Assembly: GCA_034420195.1 (NCBI GenBank)
Contig: DAOULO010000052.1
Span: 323-64,322 of the forward strand
DNA from: Dehalococcoidales bacterium
Lineage (GTDB): Bacteria > Chloroflexota > Dehalococcoidia > Dehalococcoidales > RBG-16-60-22
Length of the DNA: 64,000 nt
Reading direction: 5' to 3'
A program made the translations under genes and the position numbers. Below are positions 8,470-18,177 of the stretch, piece after piece. The notes under the pieces were generated by a model. That model searched no databases, was not told the origin of the DNA, and worked only from the letters and a program-made list of their open reading frames with translations. Positions within the stretch are counted from its first letter, which is position 1; every line of letters begins with the position of its first letter.

Positions 8470-9399
8470 TTATTTACGGGCGCAGCCGATAATCTCGCCG
8501 AGGGATTTGATACCCTCCTTGACCAGGAACGCCTCGATGCCCTCCAGTATGTCCAGGGCGGCGCGTGGGTTGGCGAACGTGGCCGAGCCCACCTGCACGG
8601 CGCTGGCCCCGGCCATGAAGAACTCCAAGGCGTCGGCAGCGCACGTAATACCCCCGACCCCGATGACGGGCACGTCCACCGCCCCGGCCACCTCGTAGAC
8701 CATCGCCAGGGCTATCGGCTTGATGGCCGGGCCGGAGAGACCGCCGGTGATATTACCGATGATCGGGCGGCGCCGGGCGATATCGATGGCCATGCCCTTG
8801 ACGGAGTTAATCAGTGAGACGGCATCAGCCCCGGCGCTGGCCACGGCTTGAGCCACGGCGGCGATATCGCCGGTGTTGGGCGTCAGCTTGACGATGACCG
8901 GCAGGGTGGTGGCCTTACGCACGGCGGCCATCACGGCGGCGGCCGTGTCCGGCCGGGCGCCGCAGGCGGCCCCGCCTTCGTTCACGTTGGGGCAGGAGAT
9001 ATTGACCTCCAGGCCGCTGACCCCCTTGACGCCATCCAGCTTCGTGGCCAGTTCGGCGTAGTCGGCGACGCTGTTCCCGGCGATATTGACGATGACCGGC
9101 ACCCGCCATTGCGCCCAGAGGGGCGCTTTTTCCCTGATAACGGCCGCCACGCCGATATTCTGCAGCCCGATGGAATTTACGACGCCGCTGGCCGTCTCCA
9201 CCAGGCGTGGCTGAGGGTTCCCCTCCCGTGGCGTCAGCGTCGTCCCCTTGCAGACGATAGCCCCGAGCTTCTGAATATCAAAGGTATCGGCGTACTCCGT
9301 GCCGTAGCCGAAGGTACCGGCGGCGGTCATCACCGGATTGGCCAGCGTCAGGCCCGGCTTGCCTTTAGGGGCCAGTTTTACCGCTAGGTCTGGGGGCAT
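8470..9399 (-). CDS. pyrD: dihydroorotate dehydrogenase, class 1 catalytic subunit
   Basis: 309 aa with NPVMTAAGTFGYG, GLQN and NISCPN motifs. No pyrK is adjacent. Confidence 0.9.
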   Translation of the reverse strand: MPPDLAVKLAPKGKPGLTLANPVMTAAGTFGYGTEYADTFDIQKLGAIVCKGTTLTPREGNPQPRLVETASGVVNSIGLQNIGVAAVIREKAPLWAQWRVPVIVNIAGNSVADYAELATKLDGVKGVSGLEVNISCPNVNEGGAACGARPDTAAAVMAAVRKATTLPVIVKLTPNTGDIAAVAQAVASAGADAVSLINSVKGMAIDIARRRPIIGNITGGLSGPAIKPIALAMVYEVAGAVDVPVIGVGGITCAADALEFFMAGASAVQVGSATFANPRAALDILEGIEAFLVKEGIKSLGEIIGCARK

Positions 9400-9552
9400 T
9401 TGGCCTCCCTGCGGGTGCGTTCTGGCAGAAGCTTAGCAGACGGCGCGCCGTGAATGCAAGTCGTCTGGGGGCTAACCCCCAGGCGAAAGGGGTGGTGGTA
9501 TCGTTGAGGGCCTTCCGGCGGGCGTGTATCCTTGGGGGGAAGGAAGAGAGCT

Positions 9553-9771
9553 ATGCCACAGGTCAACACGGTTAAATTATCGCCCGGTGAGCGGGTGCAG
9601 CAACTCCGCATCGCCTGCGACCTCACCGCCCAGGAGCTGGCCGAGCTCGCCGGTGTACCCACCGAGCACGTTGCCAGGTTCGAAGGCGGCCTGCCCCTGC
9701 CGCTGGACAGCAAGCGCCGCATCCTCCGGGAGCTCTGGGGACGCCGGGCGCGGCAGAACGGCGGCGCTTAG
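9553..9771 (+). CDS. XRE-family helix-turn-helix protein
   Basis: LSPGERVQQLRIACDLTAQELAELAGVPTEHVARFE HTH. ATG 9553 is preferred over TTG 9532. Confidence 0.65.
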   Translation: MPQVNTVKLSPGERVQQLRIACDLTAQELAELAGVPTEHVARFEGGLPLPLDSKRRILRELWGRRARQNGGA

Positions 9772-9790
9772 GTCGCCTCCGCCTGCCTTT

Positions 9791-10390
9791 TTATCCCCCG
9801 AACTTATTCCGGTGCCGCACGTCGCTGAGCTCGCGCTTGGGGACATGGCGCACCAGTTTCTCGTCCACCCAGCCGGTCGTGGATTTTTCTGCCACCTCGG
9901 CCACGGGGTGTTCCTCCGGGTAGCCCATAGCGATGACCAGGGCGATATCGCGGCTGTCGGGGATGTCCAGAATCGGCTTGAGGCTGGCCTCGTCGTACAT
10001 CAGTATCGGGCAGGCGCCGATACCCTGTTCCCAGGCCACCAAAATAATGTTCGCCGCTGCCAGACCGACGTCGTAATGGGTGACGCGGCGGCGGTTGATG
10101 TCTTGCTCCCAATCCTTGTTGATGAGCACGATGATGTAGGCCCGGGGGGTGTTTTCCGGGCGCGGGCCGCCCTTTTCCGGGGGCAGCTTTATCGAGCCGC
10201 CGATGTGCTCGTAGACCCCCGGCAGCACGGCGCTATCGTTGATGGCGATGTACTCGCAGACCTGGTCGTTGCGCCCTGAGGGCGCCAGCCGGGCGGCGTC
10301 GACGCACTTCTCCAGGGCGGCGTCGGGGACGGGCTTATCTAAAAACCTCCGTATCGAGCGACGGGTGGTCGCGGCTTCGTAGACGTTCAT
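9791..10390 (-). CDS. nitroreductase family protein
   Basis: MNVYEAATTRRSIRRF N-terminus. Start at ATG 10390 with AAGGAGGT upstream; the longer track ORF is rejected. Confidence 0.85.
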   Translation of the reverse strand: MNVYEAATTRRSIRRFLDKPVPDAALEKCVDAARLAPSGRNDQVCEYIAINDSAVLPGVYEHIGGSIKLPPEKGGPRPENTPRAYIIVLINKDWEQDINRRRVTHYDVGLAAANIILVAWEQGIGACPILMYDEASLKPILDIPDSRDIALVIAMGYPEEHPVAEVAEKSTTGWVDEKLVRHVPKRELSDVRHRNKFGG

Positions 10391-10410
10391 GGGGCTACCT
10401 CCTTGCGTTG

Positions 10411-10932
10411 TCATCTTTCCCTGGCCGCGGCCAGCTGCTCTAGCCGCCGCATCATGGCCTCCCAGTGGCTGCCCCGCCAGTAGATGCGGCCGCAGGCCGG
10501 GCACTCCATATACTGCTGCTGCGTCTTATAAACATAGGGCGGCACGCGGCCGGCCACCTCCGCCGGGCTCCGGTCTTCCAGCGCCCGGTTACATTCCAGG
10601 CAGAGGGTAAAGGGGTGGTGGGGCACGGCCAGCCCCAGCTTAGCGACGATTTGCCGCATCTGCTGCTCCGGCACCTCGCTCTCAATGAGGACGGCCTTGA
10701 GCCGCCCGCTCTTGACCACCCGCCGCAGCATGATGCCGCTATCGCGGGTGAGCACCACCCGGCCTTCGCTTAGGGCCTGGCGAACCAGGTCGGTATCGTC
10801 ATCACCGGTGAAGAAGGTGCTGTCGTAGCCCATCATGCGCAGCCAGCGGGCTAATTTCCCGACGTTATGGTCAACGATGAATTTTATCTCGCTGATAGGC
10901 TCACTTCTTTCGCTCTTTTTCGCTGCCACCAC
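10411..10932 (-). CDS. Mut7-C (PIN-like) RNase domain protein with C-terminal zinc ribbon
   Basis: FIVDHNVGKLARWLRMMGYD...CLECN...CPACGRIYWRGSHW. The first 13 codons of the track ORF lie inside a repeat copy, so a GTG start at 10932/10929 is proposed. Start is uncertain. Confidence 0.7.
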   Translation of the reverse strand: MVAAKKSERSEPISEIKFIVDHNVGKLARWLRMMGYDSTFFTGDDDTDLVRQALSEGRVVLTRDSGIMLRRVVKSGRLKAVLIESEVPEQQMRQIVAKLGLAVPHHPFTLCLECNRALEDRSPAEVAGRVPPYVYKTQQQYMECPACGRIYWRGSHWEAMMRRLEQLAAARER

Positions 10933-10999
10933 CCCGCCCCTCTCGGAGTAATCTATTCCCACCCAGGCCACCCTGTATCATCCTCGGCTTAGCCCGCAG
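10930..10999 (-). repeat. intergenic repeat, short singlet
   Basis: CTCGGAGTAATCTATTCCCACCCAGGCCACCCTGTATCATCCTCGGCTTAGCCCGCAG; core at 10948-10964. Confidence 0.85.
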
Positions 11000-11007
11000 T
11001 TTTCTCT

Positions 11008-11076
11008 CCGCCCCACCCCCTCAGAGTAATCTATTCCCACCCAGGCCGCCCCGTATCATCCTCGGCTTAGCCCGCA
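11008..11076 (-). repeat. intergenic repeat, short singlet (tandem with 10930)
   Basis: CTCAGAGTAATCTATTCCCACCCAGGCCGCCCCGTATCATCCTCGGCTTAGCCCGCAA; core at 11026-11042. Confidence 0.85.
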
Positions 11077-11093
11077 ATTTTTACCCCGCCCCG

Positions 11094-11864
11094 CTATATC
11101 TCTATCTCCATCCCTTCGTAGCCGGGCTCAATCTCGCTGCCCAGCGAAGCCGCCGCGGCGGCCAGTTCCTCACCTATCACGGTAGCGTCGGGCACGTTCA
11201 TGTGCACCGTCACCACCCGCGGCAGGTAGCCGTGGCGCTGGCGGAAATTTTCCAGTTCCACCCGCAGCTGTCCGGCGGTGAGGTGCCCCGAGGAGCCGAG
11301 GTAATCGGCCCATTTGTTGAGTCCGGTGACCTCGATGACCAGCAGGTCGGGCTTTATTTTTTCAAAGCACTCGCCCAGTCCCGGCCCGGTATCGGCGGTG
11401 TAGAAGAGCCTTTTACCGTCCGGCGCGGTAACCTGGTAGCCCACGGTGGGCACGACGTGGTTCACCGTCAGGGGCAGGACTTTGTAGCCGGCTACGTCTG
11501 CCTCGCGGTCTGACTTGAGCTCTTTGAAGCGCAGCGCCGGGCTTTCCGGGGGTTTCTGGAAAAAGTTGGGGTAGATGCTATCGTTGAGGAGGTGAGCGGT
11601 GAGGGCTTCGTAAACGGGCCGGGTCGTCGCGATGGTAATACTTCGCTCGGCCAGGAAAAAATTCATGGCCAGGGCGGGGACGTCGCGGATATGGTCGTAG
11701 TGCTGGTGGGTTAGGAGTAAGGCCACCAGGCGGTACTGCTCCTCAAGCGTCAGGGCGGTAGCCAGCGACCCGGCGTCGATGGCGAGCCTGCCGTCAACCA
11801 GCAGCGAGATGCCGCCGGTCTGACGCGAGGTGGTGTTGTGTGCCCCCAGAATTTTTACCTTCAA
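11094..11864 (-). CDS. MBL-fold metallo-hydrolase
   Basis: LLTHQHYDH (HxHxDH) motif; 256 aa. Confidence 0.8.
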   Translation of the reverse strand: MKVKILGAHNTTSRQTGGISLLVDGRLAIDAGSLATALTLEEQYRLVALLLTHQHYDHIRDVPALAMNFFLAERSITIATTRPVYEALTAHLLNDSIYPNFFQKPPESPALRFKELKSDREADVAGYKVLPLTVNHVVPTVGYQVTAPDGKRLFYTADTGPGLGECFEKIKPDLLVIEVTGLNKWADYLGSSGHLTAGQLRVELENFRQRHGYLPRVVTVHMNVPDATVIGEELAAAAASLGSEIEPGYEGMEIEI

Positions 11865-11874
11865 GATGGCTCCT

Positions 11875-12540
11875 CTAGCCGGTAATGGTGAAGGGATTGT
11901 ACCTGGTCTGGTAGTCGTAGGTATCGACGCCCTCCTGACGTTTCAGCCAGTTGACCACGGCGTAAGTGACCGGGGTGAAGACGGTCTCGATGAGGGTCTT
12001 GGCCAGCCAGTGGTAGACTATCGTGATGGGCATGAACACCGGCGTGCCGATGAAGGCCAGGGTGAGGAAAACGCCGCTGTCCAGCCCCTCGCCGACCACC
12101 GTGGAGCCGATGGTGCGGCTCCAGAGGAGACGCCCCCGGGTGAGTATCTTCATCCGGGAGAGGACGAAGGAGTTGGCGAACTCGCCGACGAGATAACCAG
12201 CCAGCGAGGCCCCCAGTATGCGGGGCGTCTGCCCCAGGATGCTCACGTAGGCCGCCTGGTTTGTCCAGAAACTGGCCGATGGCAAAATCTGGCCTATCCA
12301 GGCGAAGAAAACAAAGATGAGATTGCAGGCAAAGCCCAGCCAGATGACCCGCCGCGCCACGCGGTAGCCGTAGACCTCGGTGAGGACGTCGCCGATAATA
12401 TAGCTCAGGGGGAAGAGCAGCACCGCCGCCGGCAGGTTGACGATGCCGAAATCGACGAATTTGACGACGACGACATTGGCGGTGATGAAGCAGGTGACAA
12501 AGAGGGCGATGATAATCACCAGGCGGTGGGAGATGTTCAT
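11875..12540 (-). CDS. yhhQ: queuosine precursor transporter (YhhQ/VUT family)
   Basis: Polytopic membrane protein with FPLSYIIGDVLTEVYGY motif. Confidence 0.75.
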   Translation of the reverse strand: MNISHRLVIIIALFVTCFITANVVVVKFVDFGIVNLPAAVLLFPLSYIIGDVLTEVYGYRVARRVIWLGFACNLIFVFFAWIGQILPSASFWTNQAAYVSILGQTPRILGASLAGYLVGEFANSFVLSRMKILTRGRLLWSRTIGSTVVGEGLDSGVFLTLAFIGTPVFMPITIVYHWLAKTLIETVFTPVTYAVVNWLKRQEGVDTYDYQTRYNPFTITG

Positions 12541-12543
12541 GGC

Positions 12544-13545
12544 TTATATCCAGCGGCGGCGGCGGAAGAAGATGAGCATGGCCCCGGCGACGACCCCCAT
12601 GACCACCAGCAGGATGATAAAGGTCTGCAGGCTGCCTATCTGCAGCCCGCCGGGCAGGGTGACGTTCATGCCGTAGAGGCTGGAGATAATCAGGAACGGC
12701 AGCACGATGGTGGAAAAGATGGTTAAAAGCCGTGTCACCCGGTTGATGCGGTAGGTGGCCAGGGTGTAGTCGGTGTCCTTGAACACCTCGATGACCTCTT
12801 TGGCCTCGTCCAGGGTCTCGCATATCTTGTTCATGTGGTCCGTCAGGTCGCCGAAGTAGACGGTCAGGTCAATCTTGGTAAAGCGCTTCAGCCGCCGCTC
12901 CAGGGCCAGCATCAGGGTGCGGGTGGGGAACATGACGCGCCGCTGGGCGATGATGTCCCGTCGCAGGATGCTCAGCTCCTTGGCCGTCTCCACGTCCTCG
13001 TCAAAGACGTTGTCCTCCATGTCCTCCATCAGGCTCAGGATTTTATCCAGGACGGGGAAATAGGAGTCTATGGAGCGGTCGAGGATGCGGTAAAGCAGGT
13101 AGCCGGAGCCGTGGCTGAAATACTCCTGACGGGCCTCCTCGTTGGTCTGGCAGTCGCGGAAGAGGGCCGAAAGGGTGCGCAGCTCGCCGGTGTGCAGCGT
13201 CACCAGGAACTTGTCACCCACGAAGGCCGACCACTGCCGCTTGGTGCTCACCCGCGTCGCCTTATCGAAGACGGGCAGGTGGAAGATGGCAAAGAGATAC
13301 TCCGGGTACTCGTCCACCTTGGGGAGCTGCTTGCGGCTGAGGGTATCGTCCAGGTCGAGGGGGTGGAAGTGATAGTGCTCGGCCAGGTAGTCTATCTCGC
13401 GCTGGGTGGGCGGCGCCACGTTCACCCAGGTCAGGTCGCCCCAGGTAATCGTCTCCACGTGCAGCGGCTCTTCCGGCGGCTGCTCTTCCTTGATTTCCTT
13501 TTTCTTGCGGCCGATTCCCCGCTTGCCGACGTTCAGCCTGGCCAT
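12544..13545 (-). CDS. corA: magnesium/cobalt transporter CorA
   Basis: C-terminal two TM helices with YGMNV signature; 333 aa. Confidence 0.9.
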   Translation of the reverse strand: MARLNVGKRGIGRKKKEIKEEQPPEEPLHVETITWGDLTWVNVAPPTQREIDYLAEHYHFHPLDLDDTLSRKQLPKVDEYPEYLFAIFHLPVFDKATRVSTKRQWSAFVGDKFLVTLHTGELRTLSALFRDCQTNEEARQEYFSHGSGYLLYRILDRSIDSYFPVLDKILSLMEDMEDNVFDEDVETAKELSILRRDIIAQRRVMFPTRTLMLALERRLKRFTKIDLTVYFGDLTDHMNKICETLDEAKEVIEVFKDTDYTLATYRINRVTRLLTIFSTIVLPFLIISSLYGMNVTLPGGLQIGSLQTFIILLVVMGVVAGAMLIFFRRRRWI

Positions 13546-13619
13546 GACGTTTACCTCTCGCTCGCTAGCGCTAAATTATTGTAGCACAATCGCCGCCCGA
13601 TAGCACCCCTTATATGTGA

Positions 13620-13690
13620 GGGTAAGCTGCTGATGCTGCGAGGGCGGAGGGTGGGAATAGATAACATCGACGGGGTGGGGTGGCGGGGGA
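13620..13690 (+). repeat. intergenic repeat, short singlet (degenerate 5' part)
   Basis: GGTAAGCTGCTGATGCTGCGAGGGCGGAGGGTGGGAATAGATAACATCGACGGGGTGGGGTGG; core at 13649-13665. Confidence 0.8.
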
Positions 13691-13701
13691 ATTACACCAA
13701 A

Positions 13702-13730
13702 TTGACATCGCTAACGGTGTTCGTTAAACT
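13702..13730 (+). promoter_or_regulatory. sigma70-like promoter (TTGACA-N17-TAAACT) for tldD-pmbA
   Basis: TTGACA 13702-13707, 17-nt spacer, TAAACT 13725-13730. Confidence 0.5.
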
Positions 13731-13776
13731 TACTTTACTGTAAGCCTTAGTATTTTTCCACCGGGGACGTAATCTT

Positions 13777-15153
13777 ATGCCGGATATCAATGCCATCGCT
13801 CAAAAACTGGCCGCCGCGCTCAAGAAACACTGCGCCGATTACCTGGAAGCGCGCCTGGAAGAGAGCCAGACGAGCCACATCACCTACCGGGGTAAGGCGC
13901 TGGAGTCCGTCGGGCGGGCAACTTCCAGTGGCGGCAACGTGCGGGCGCTGGTCAAGGGGGGCTGGGGCTTCACCAGCTTTAACGAGTTCGGTGACCTCTC
14001 CGGGCGGGTGAGCCTGGCCGCGGCGCAGGCCCGGGCCGCCGGCTCCGGCAAGAGCGCGCTCGCCGAGGTCGCCCCGGCGCGGGACGACGTCCCCAGCGGG
14101 GTGGCCCAGAACCCGGTGGCGATACCCCTGGCCGAGAAGAAGCGCCTGCTGGATGAGTATAACCAGCTTATCTGGAGCGTCCCGCGCATTCAGACCTCTA
14201 CCATTGGCTATAGCGACAGCCGCCGCGGCGTTATCTTCCTGAACTCGGAGGGAGCCTTCGTCACCCAGGAGCGAGCCGACGTCAACCTGCGCCTGACGGC
14301 CATCGCCGCCAAGGACGGTGAGGTACAGCAGGTGGGCCTGAGTCTGGGGAGCCGCGGCGACTTCGACGCCATCCGCGGTCTGCATAAGGATGTTGAGGAA
14401 ATGGCCCGCAACGCCGTGGCCCTGCTCGACGCCCCGCAGGCCAAAGGCGGCGAGTATACCGTCGTCCTCGACCCAATTTTAGCGGGGGTCTTCGTCCACG
14501 AGGCCTTCGGGCATTTATCCGAATCAGACTTCGTATACGAGAACGAGCGCATGCGCCAGATTATGACCCTGGGCAAGGAGTTCGGCGGCAAAAATTTAAA
14601 CGTCGTCGATTCGGCGGCCTGGCCGGGCCTGCGGGGGAGCTACGCCTACGACGATGAGGGCACCCCGGCGCATAAGACCTACCTCATCCGGGAGGGCAAG
14701 CTCGTGGGGCGGCTGCACTCGCGGGAGACGGCCGCCAAGATGGGCGAGCCAGCTACCGGCAACGCCCGCGCCGTGAGCTACCGCTTCCCGCCCATCGTGC
14801 GCATGACCAATACCTACATCGAGCCGGGTAAAACTACTTTCAATGATATGATTAGCGACATCAAAGAGGGCATCTATGCCAAGAACTGGTACGGCGGCAC
14901 GACCAGCATGGAGATGTTCACCTTTTCCGCCGGCGAGGCCTACATGATACGCAACGGCAAGATTGCCGAGGCGCTGCGGCCGGTGATGCTCACCGGCAAC
15001 GTCTTCACGACGCTGGCCAACATCGACGCCATCGGCGACGACCTGGACATGAACCAGGGCGGTGGCTGCGGCAAGGGGGGGCAGATGCCCCTGCCGGTGG
15101 CCAACGGCAGCCCCCACATCCGCATCCGGCGCTGCCTCATCGGAGGGAAATAA
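13777..15153 (+). CDS. tldD: TldD-family metalloprotease
   Basis: 458 aa with VHEAFGHLSE (HExxxH) motif. Coupled to pmbA by a TAATG junction. Confidence 0.9.
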   Translation: MPDINAIAQKLAAALKKHCADYLEARLEESQTSHITYRGKALESVGRATSSGGNVRALVKGGWGFTSFNEFGDLSGRVSLAAAQARAAGSGKSALAEVAPARDDVPSGVAQNPVAIPLAEKKRLLDEYNQLIWSVPRIQTSTIGYSDSRRGVIFLNSEGAFVTQERADVNLRLTAIAAKDGEVQQVGLSLGSRGDFDAIRGLHKDVEEMARNAVALLDAPQAKGGEYTVVLDPILAGVFVHEAFGHLSESDFVYENERMRQIMTLGKEFGGKNLNVVDSAAWPGLRGSYAYDDEGTPAHKTYLIREGKLVGRLHSRETAAKMGEPATGNARAVSYRFPPIVRMTNTYIEPGKTTFNDMISDIKEGIYAKNWYGGTTSMEMFTFSAGEAYMIRNGKIAEALRPVMLTGNVFTTLANIDAIGDDLDMNQGGGCGKGGQMPLPVANGSPHIRIRRCLIGGK

Positions 15154-16454
15154 TGGAAGCCATCCTGGCCGAAGCGAAGAAAGTCGCCCCGGCGGCGGAG
15201 GTCTTCCGCGTCGCCTCCGAGGAGACGCAGGTGCACTTCGAGGCCAACCGCCTCAAGCAGCTCCAGACCAACCAGACCACCAGTTTGGCGCTGCGCATCG
15301 TCAAGGACGGGCGCACCGGCTACGCCACGACGACGGGCGAGGGCGATGCCAAAGCGCTGGTGGCGGCCGCCGTGGAGACGGCCGCCTTCGGCACCGAGGC
15401 CAAGTTCAAGCTCCCCGGCGCGGCGGCCTACCCGAAGGTCGATATTTACGACCCCGCCGTGCCGGATGTCTCCATCGAAGAGATGATAAAACTCGGCGAG
15501 GCGATGGTGGCCGCCGTGACCGGCCACACGCCGGGCATCGTCTGCGAGGCCGGGGTCAGCCGGGGCGTCATCACCATGAGCCTGCTCAACTCGCAGGGCG
15601 GCCGGGCCGACTACCGCAAGAGCTTTTTCAGCCTGGATATTGAGGGTAATTTAATCGAGGGGACGGACATGCTCTTCGTCGGCGAGGGCGAGGCCTCCTG
15701 TCATCCCCTGGCCGATACCAAGACGGTCACTGATTTGGTCTTAAGGCAGCTCGACCTGGCCGCCCGCAAGGCCAAATCGCCAACGAAGCAGCTTCCGGTA
15801 ATTTTCACCCCCAACGGCGTCACCGCCCTCATCATGCCGCTCGTCGCCGCCTGCAACGGCAAGACCGTCCTCGAAGGCGCCTCGCCGCTGGGTGACAAAG
15901 TGGGGAAGACTGTCTTTGACAAAAATTTCAGCCTCTACGACGACGCCACGCTGGCCTACCGCCCCGGCAGCCGCCCCTGCGATGACGAAGGCGTGCCCTC
16001 GCGGCGTACCCCGCTGGTGGAGGAGGGCGTCGTCCGCGGTTTTCTCTACGACCTGCAGACGGCCGCCCTGGCCGGCAAGGAGAGCACCGGCAGCGGCTCC
16101 CGCGCGCGCGGCGGCCTGCCCGCCCCGTCGCCCAGTGCCCTGGTTATTGCCCCCGGTAAGACTACCTTCGACGACATGGTGGCCGATATCAAAGAGGGCC
16201 TCGTCGTCGAGCAGCTCATGGGGGCCGGGCAGGGCAATATTTTGGGCGGGGACTTCTCCGGCAACGTGCTGCTGGGCTACAAGATTGAGAACGGCCAAAT
16301 CGTGGGGCGGGTCAAGGACACGATGGTCTCCGGCAATGTCTACGCTGCCCTCAGGGACATCGCCGCCATCGGCCGCGAGCCGAGGTGGGTCGGCGCTTTC
16401 CTCCACACCCCGCCGATTTATTGTAAGGGGCTGGCGGTTTCCAGCCAGGGGTAG
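15153..16454 (+). CDS. pmbA: PmbA/TldE-family protein
   Basis: 433 aa paralogous to TldD but lacking HExxxH. Position is typical of the TldD partner. Confidence 0.85.
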   Translation: MEAILAEAKKVAPAAEVFRVASEETQVHFEANRLKQLQTNQTTSLALRIVKDGRTGYATTTGEGDAKALVAAAVETAAFGTEAKFKLPGAAAYPKVDIYDPAVPDVSIEEMIKLGEAMVAAVTGHTPGIVCEAGVSRGVITMSLLNSQGGRADYRKSFFSLDIEGNLIEGTDMLFVGEGEASCHPLADTKTVTDLVLRQLDLAARKAKSPTKQLPVIFTPNGVTALIMPLVAACNGKTVLEGASPLGDKVGKTVFDKNFSLYDDATLAYRPGSRPCDDEGVPSRRTPLVEEGVVRGFLYDLQTAALAGKESTGSGSRARGGLPAPSPSALVIAPGKTTFDDMVADIKEGLVVEQLMGAGQGNILGGDFSGNVLLGYKIENGQIVGRVKDTMVSGNVYAALRDIAAIGREPRWVGAFLHTPPIYCKGLAVSSQG

Positions 16455-16480
16455 GGAATAGATTAAAAAGGTGTTGGGTG
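16449..16480 (+). repeat. partial/decayed copy of the intergenic repeat core
   Basis: GGGGTAGGGAATAGATTAAAAAGGTGTTGGGTGG overlapping the pmbA stop. Only about 11 nt of the core are conserved. Confidence 0.35.
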
Positions 16481-16487
16481 GTGAGTA

Positions 16488-17054
16488 ATGTGGAATGAGG
16501 CAAGGAAGGAAAAGGGCGGCTTTCCGGTAGGCTATCTGATAATAACCTGTGCCTTGGCAATCATTGGCATTTTGCTTTACGTTTATCTTAATCCTGACAC
16601 TGGAGGTCAGGTTTACATCCCTTCAAGTGCGGATGCCACGCAACAAACTTCTGAAATATCCCTGGTCGAAGAAAAAATTTATATAAATACCGTACAGGCA
16701 ATAGCCGCGTCCTGCGTTGTTCCCATGCAGGTTTTAGGACAGTTATTGCAGCAATATCAACCTTTCAACGACGAATGGGTATTATCTACATCGCTTGAGA
16801 TTTATAATATTAAGATGGCTGCCGAGGATGCGCGGACGGTTAATCCGCCCGGGTCAATGATACACATCCACGAAAAGTTCATGCTGGGTATGGAAAGTTT
16901 TGATGATGCTATGGATTTACTTGTAGTTGGTATTGATGATGTTGATGCTAACAAAATAGACCAAGCAGGTATAATGATGGAAGCGGGGGCGGATTACATT
17001 TCAGAGGCTTCCGAACTGCTTATTTCATTCAAATCCGCACACGGATTGGAATAA
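16488..17054 (+). CDS. hypothetical membrane-anchored protein (lower-GC gene)
   Basis: 188 aa with one N-terminal TM helix (YLIITCALAIIGILLYVYL). Sampled 60-nt lines are 42-50% GC versus about 63% in neighbours. No family recognised. Confidence 0.6.
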   Translation: MWNEARKEKGGFPVGYLIITCALAIIGILLYVYLNPDTGGQVYIPSSADATQQTSEISLVEEKIYINTVQAIAASCVVPMQVLGQLLQQYQPFNDEWVLSTSLEIYNIKMAAEDARTVNPPGSMIHIHEKFMLGMESFDDAMDLLVVGIDDVDANKIDQAGIMMEAGADYISEASELLISFKSAHGLE

Positions 17055-17138
17055 TATCGGGGAAGCTCTCAGGCCCGGGGACAGTTTTGCTAGGTTTTAG
17101 AACCCTTTGACTGGCAGTCAAAGGGTGTGGCGTACTCC

Positions 17139-17240
17139 GGGCTAAGCCGCGGATGCGCCGGGGGTAGTTTACCCGCCGGAGCTTTAGCGCAGGCGGGGTC
17201 AGGGTGGGAATAGATAACACCGAAGGGGGCAAAAAGGGGG
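17139..17240 (+). repeat. intergenic repeat, medium form with inserted hairpin
   Basis: GGGCTAAGCCGCGGATGCGCC...ACCCGCC-GGAGCTTTAGCGCA-GGCGGGGT...GGGTGGGAATAGATAAC (core 17202-17218). Same architecture as 19861 and 27514. Confidence 0.85.
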
Positions 17241-17349
17241 GGCGGATGGTACTAATTCAAAGACTACCCTGAAAGCCCTTTAATCTGTTATGATTTGGGG
17301 TAGGAATAATCTTTTCCTACCCATTGGCCTTTAAGGAAGGCAAGATAAG

Positions 17350-18150
17350 ATGAGCAATAATATCATCAAGCTGACCGCCCGCCCCAAGCTCCGCGAGCCC
17401 AGCCTGCTGGCGGCCTGGCCGGGCATCGGCAACGTGGCCATGATATGCGCCAGCTACCTCAAGGCCAAGCTGGAATTCAAGGAGCTGGGGCACTTCGAGG
17501 CCGCCCACTTCTTCGACCCCATCGGCGTGCTCGTCCGCGATAACGTCGTCGAGGCGCCCACCTTCCCCCAGAGCCAGTTCTACTACTGGAAGAACGCCGG
17601 CGACGGCGGCGACCTCATCCTCTTCATCGGCGACGACCAGCCCGCCGCCAAGGGCTACGAGCTGGCCAACGCCATCCTCGACCTGGGCCAGAAGTTCAAC
17701 GTGGGGCGCGTCTATACCTGCGCCGCCGCCATGACGCGCATCCACCACACCGAGCCGCCCAAGGTCTGGGGCGTGGCCACCAGCCCTCTCCTCACCGGCG
17801 ACCTGGCCAGCTATAATCTGGAGCAAGCGAACAATCTACAGATTGCCGGGCTCAACGGCCTGCTGCTGGGGGTGGCCAAGGAGCGGGAAATCGACGGCAT
17901 CTGCCTGCTGGGTGAGGTGCCCGTCTACGCCTCGCGCGTGCCCAACCCGATGGCGGCCCTGGCGGTGCTGAAGGTGCTCACCACCATGCTGGAGGTGAGG
18001 GTCGACATGGCCGAGCTGGCCAAGATGGCCGTGGAGGCCCGCGAGCGCATCAAGCAGGTGGCCGCCCAGGCGATGGAAGAGTACATCGACTACTTCACCG
18101 AGCCGATATGGGAAAGCGGCGAGGAGGACGACGAGGAAGATGAAGACTGA
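17350..18150 (+). CDS. PAC2-family protein with acidic C-terminal tail
   Basis: 266 aa; LLAAWPGIGNVA... resembles PAC2 (proteasome-assembly-chaperone-like) family proteins. Ends in SGEEDDEEDED. Confidence 0.6.
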   Translation: MSNNIIKLTARPKLREPSLLAAWPGIGNVAMICASYLKAKLEFKELGHFEAAHFFDPIGVLVRDNVVEAPTFPQSQFYYWKNAGDGGDLILFIGDDQPAAKGYELANAILDLGQKFNVGRVYTCAAAMTRIHHTEPPKVWGVATSPLLTGDLASYNLEQANNLQIAGLNGLLLGVAKEREIDGICLLGEVPVYASRVPNPMAALAVLKVLTTMLEVRVDMAELAKMAVEARERIKQVAAQAMEEYIDYFTEPIWESGEEDDEEDED

Positions 18151-18177
18151 ACCCGGTCTTCATATCCCTGACGAATT

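Noticed and set aside
9440-9500. Hairpin CTGGGGG-CTAA-CCCCCAG upstream of the XRE gene, considered as a terminator of pyrD or an RNA gene.
   Set aside because: It lies upstream of pyrD on the minus strand, not downstream, and has no U-tract on either strand. There is too little evidence to call a feature.
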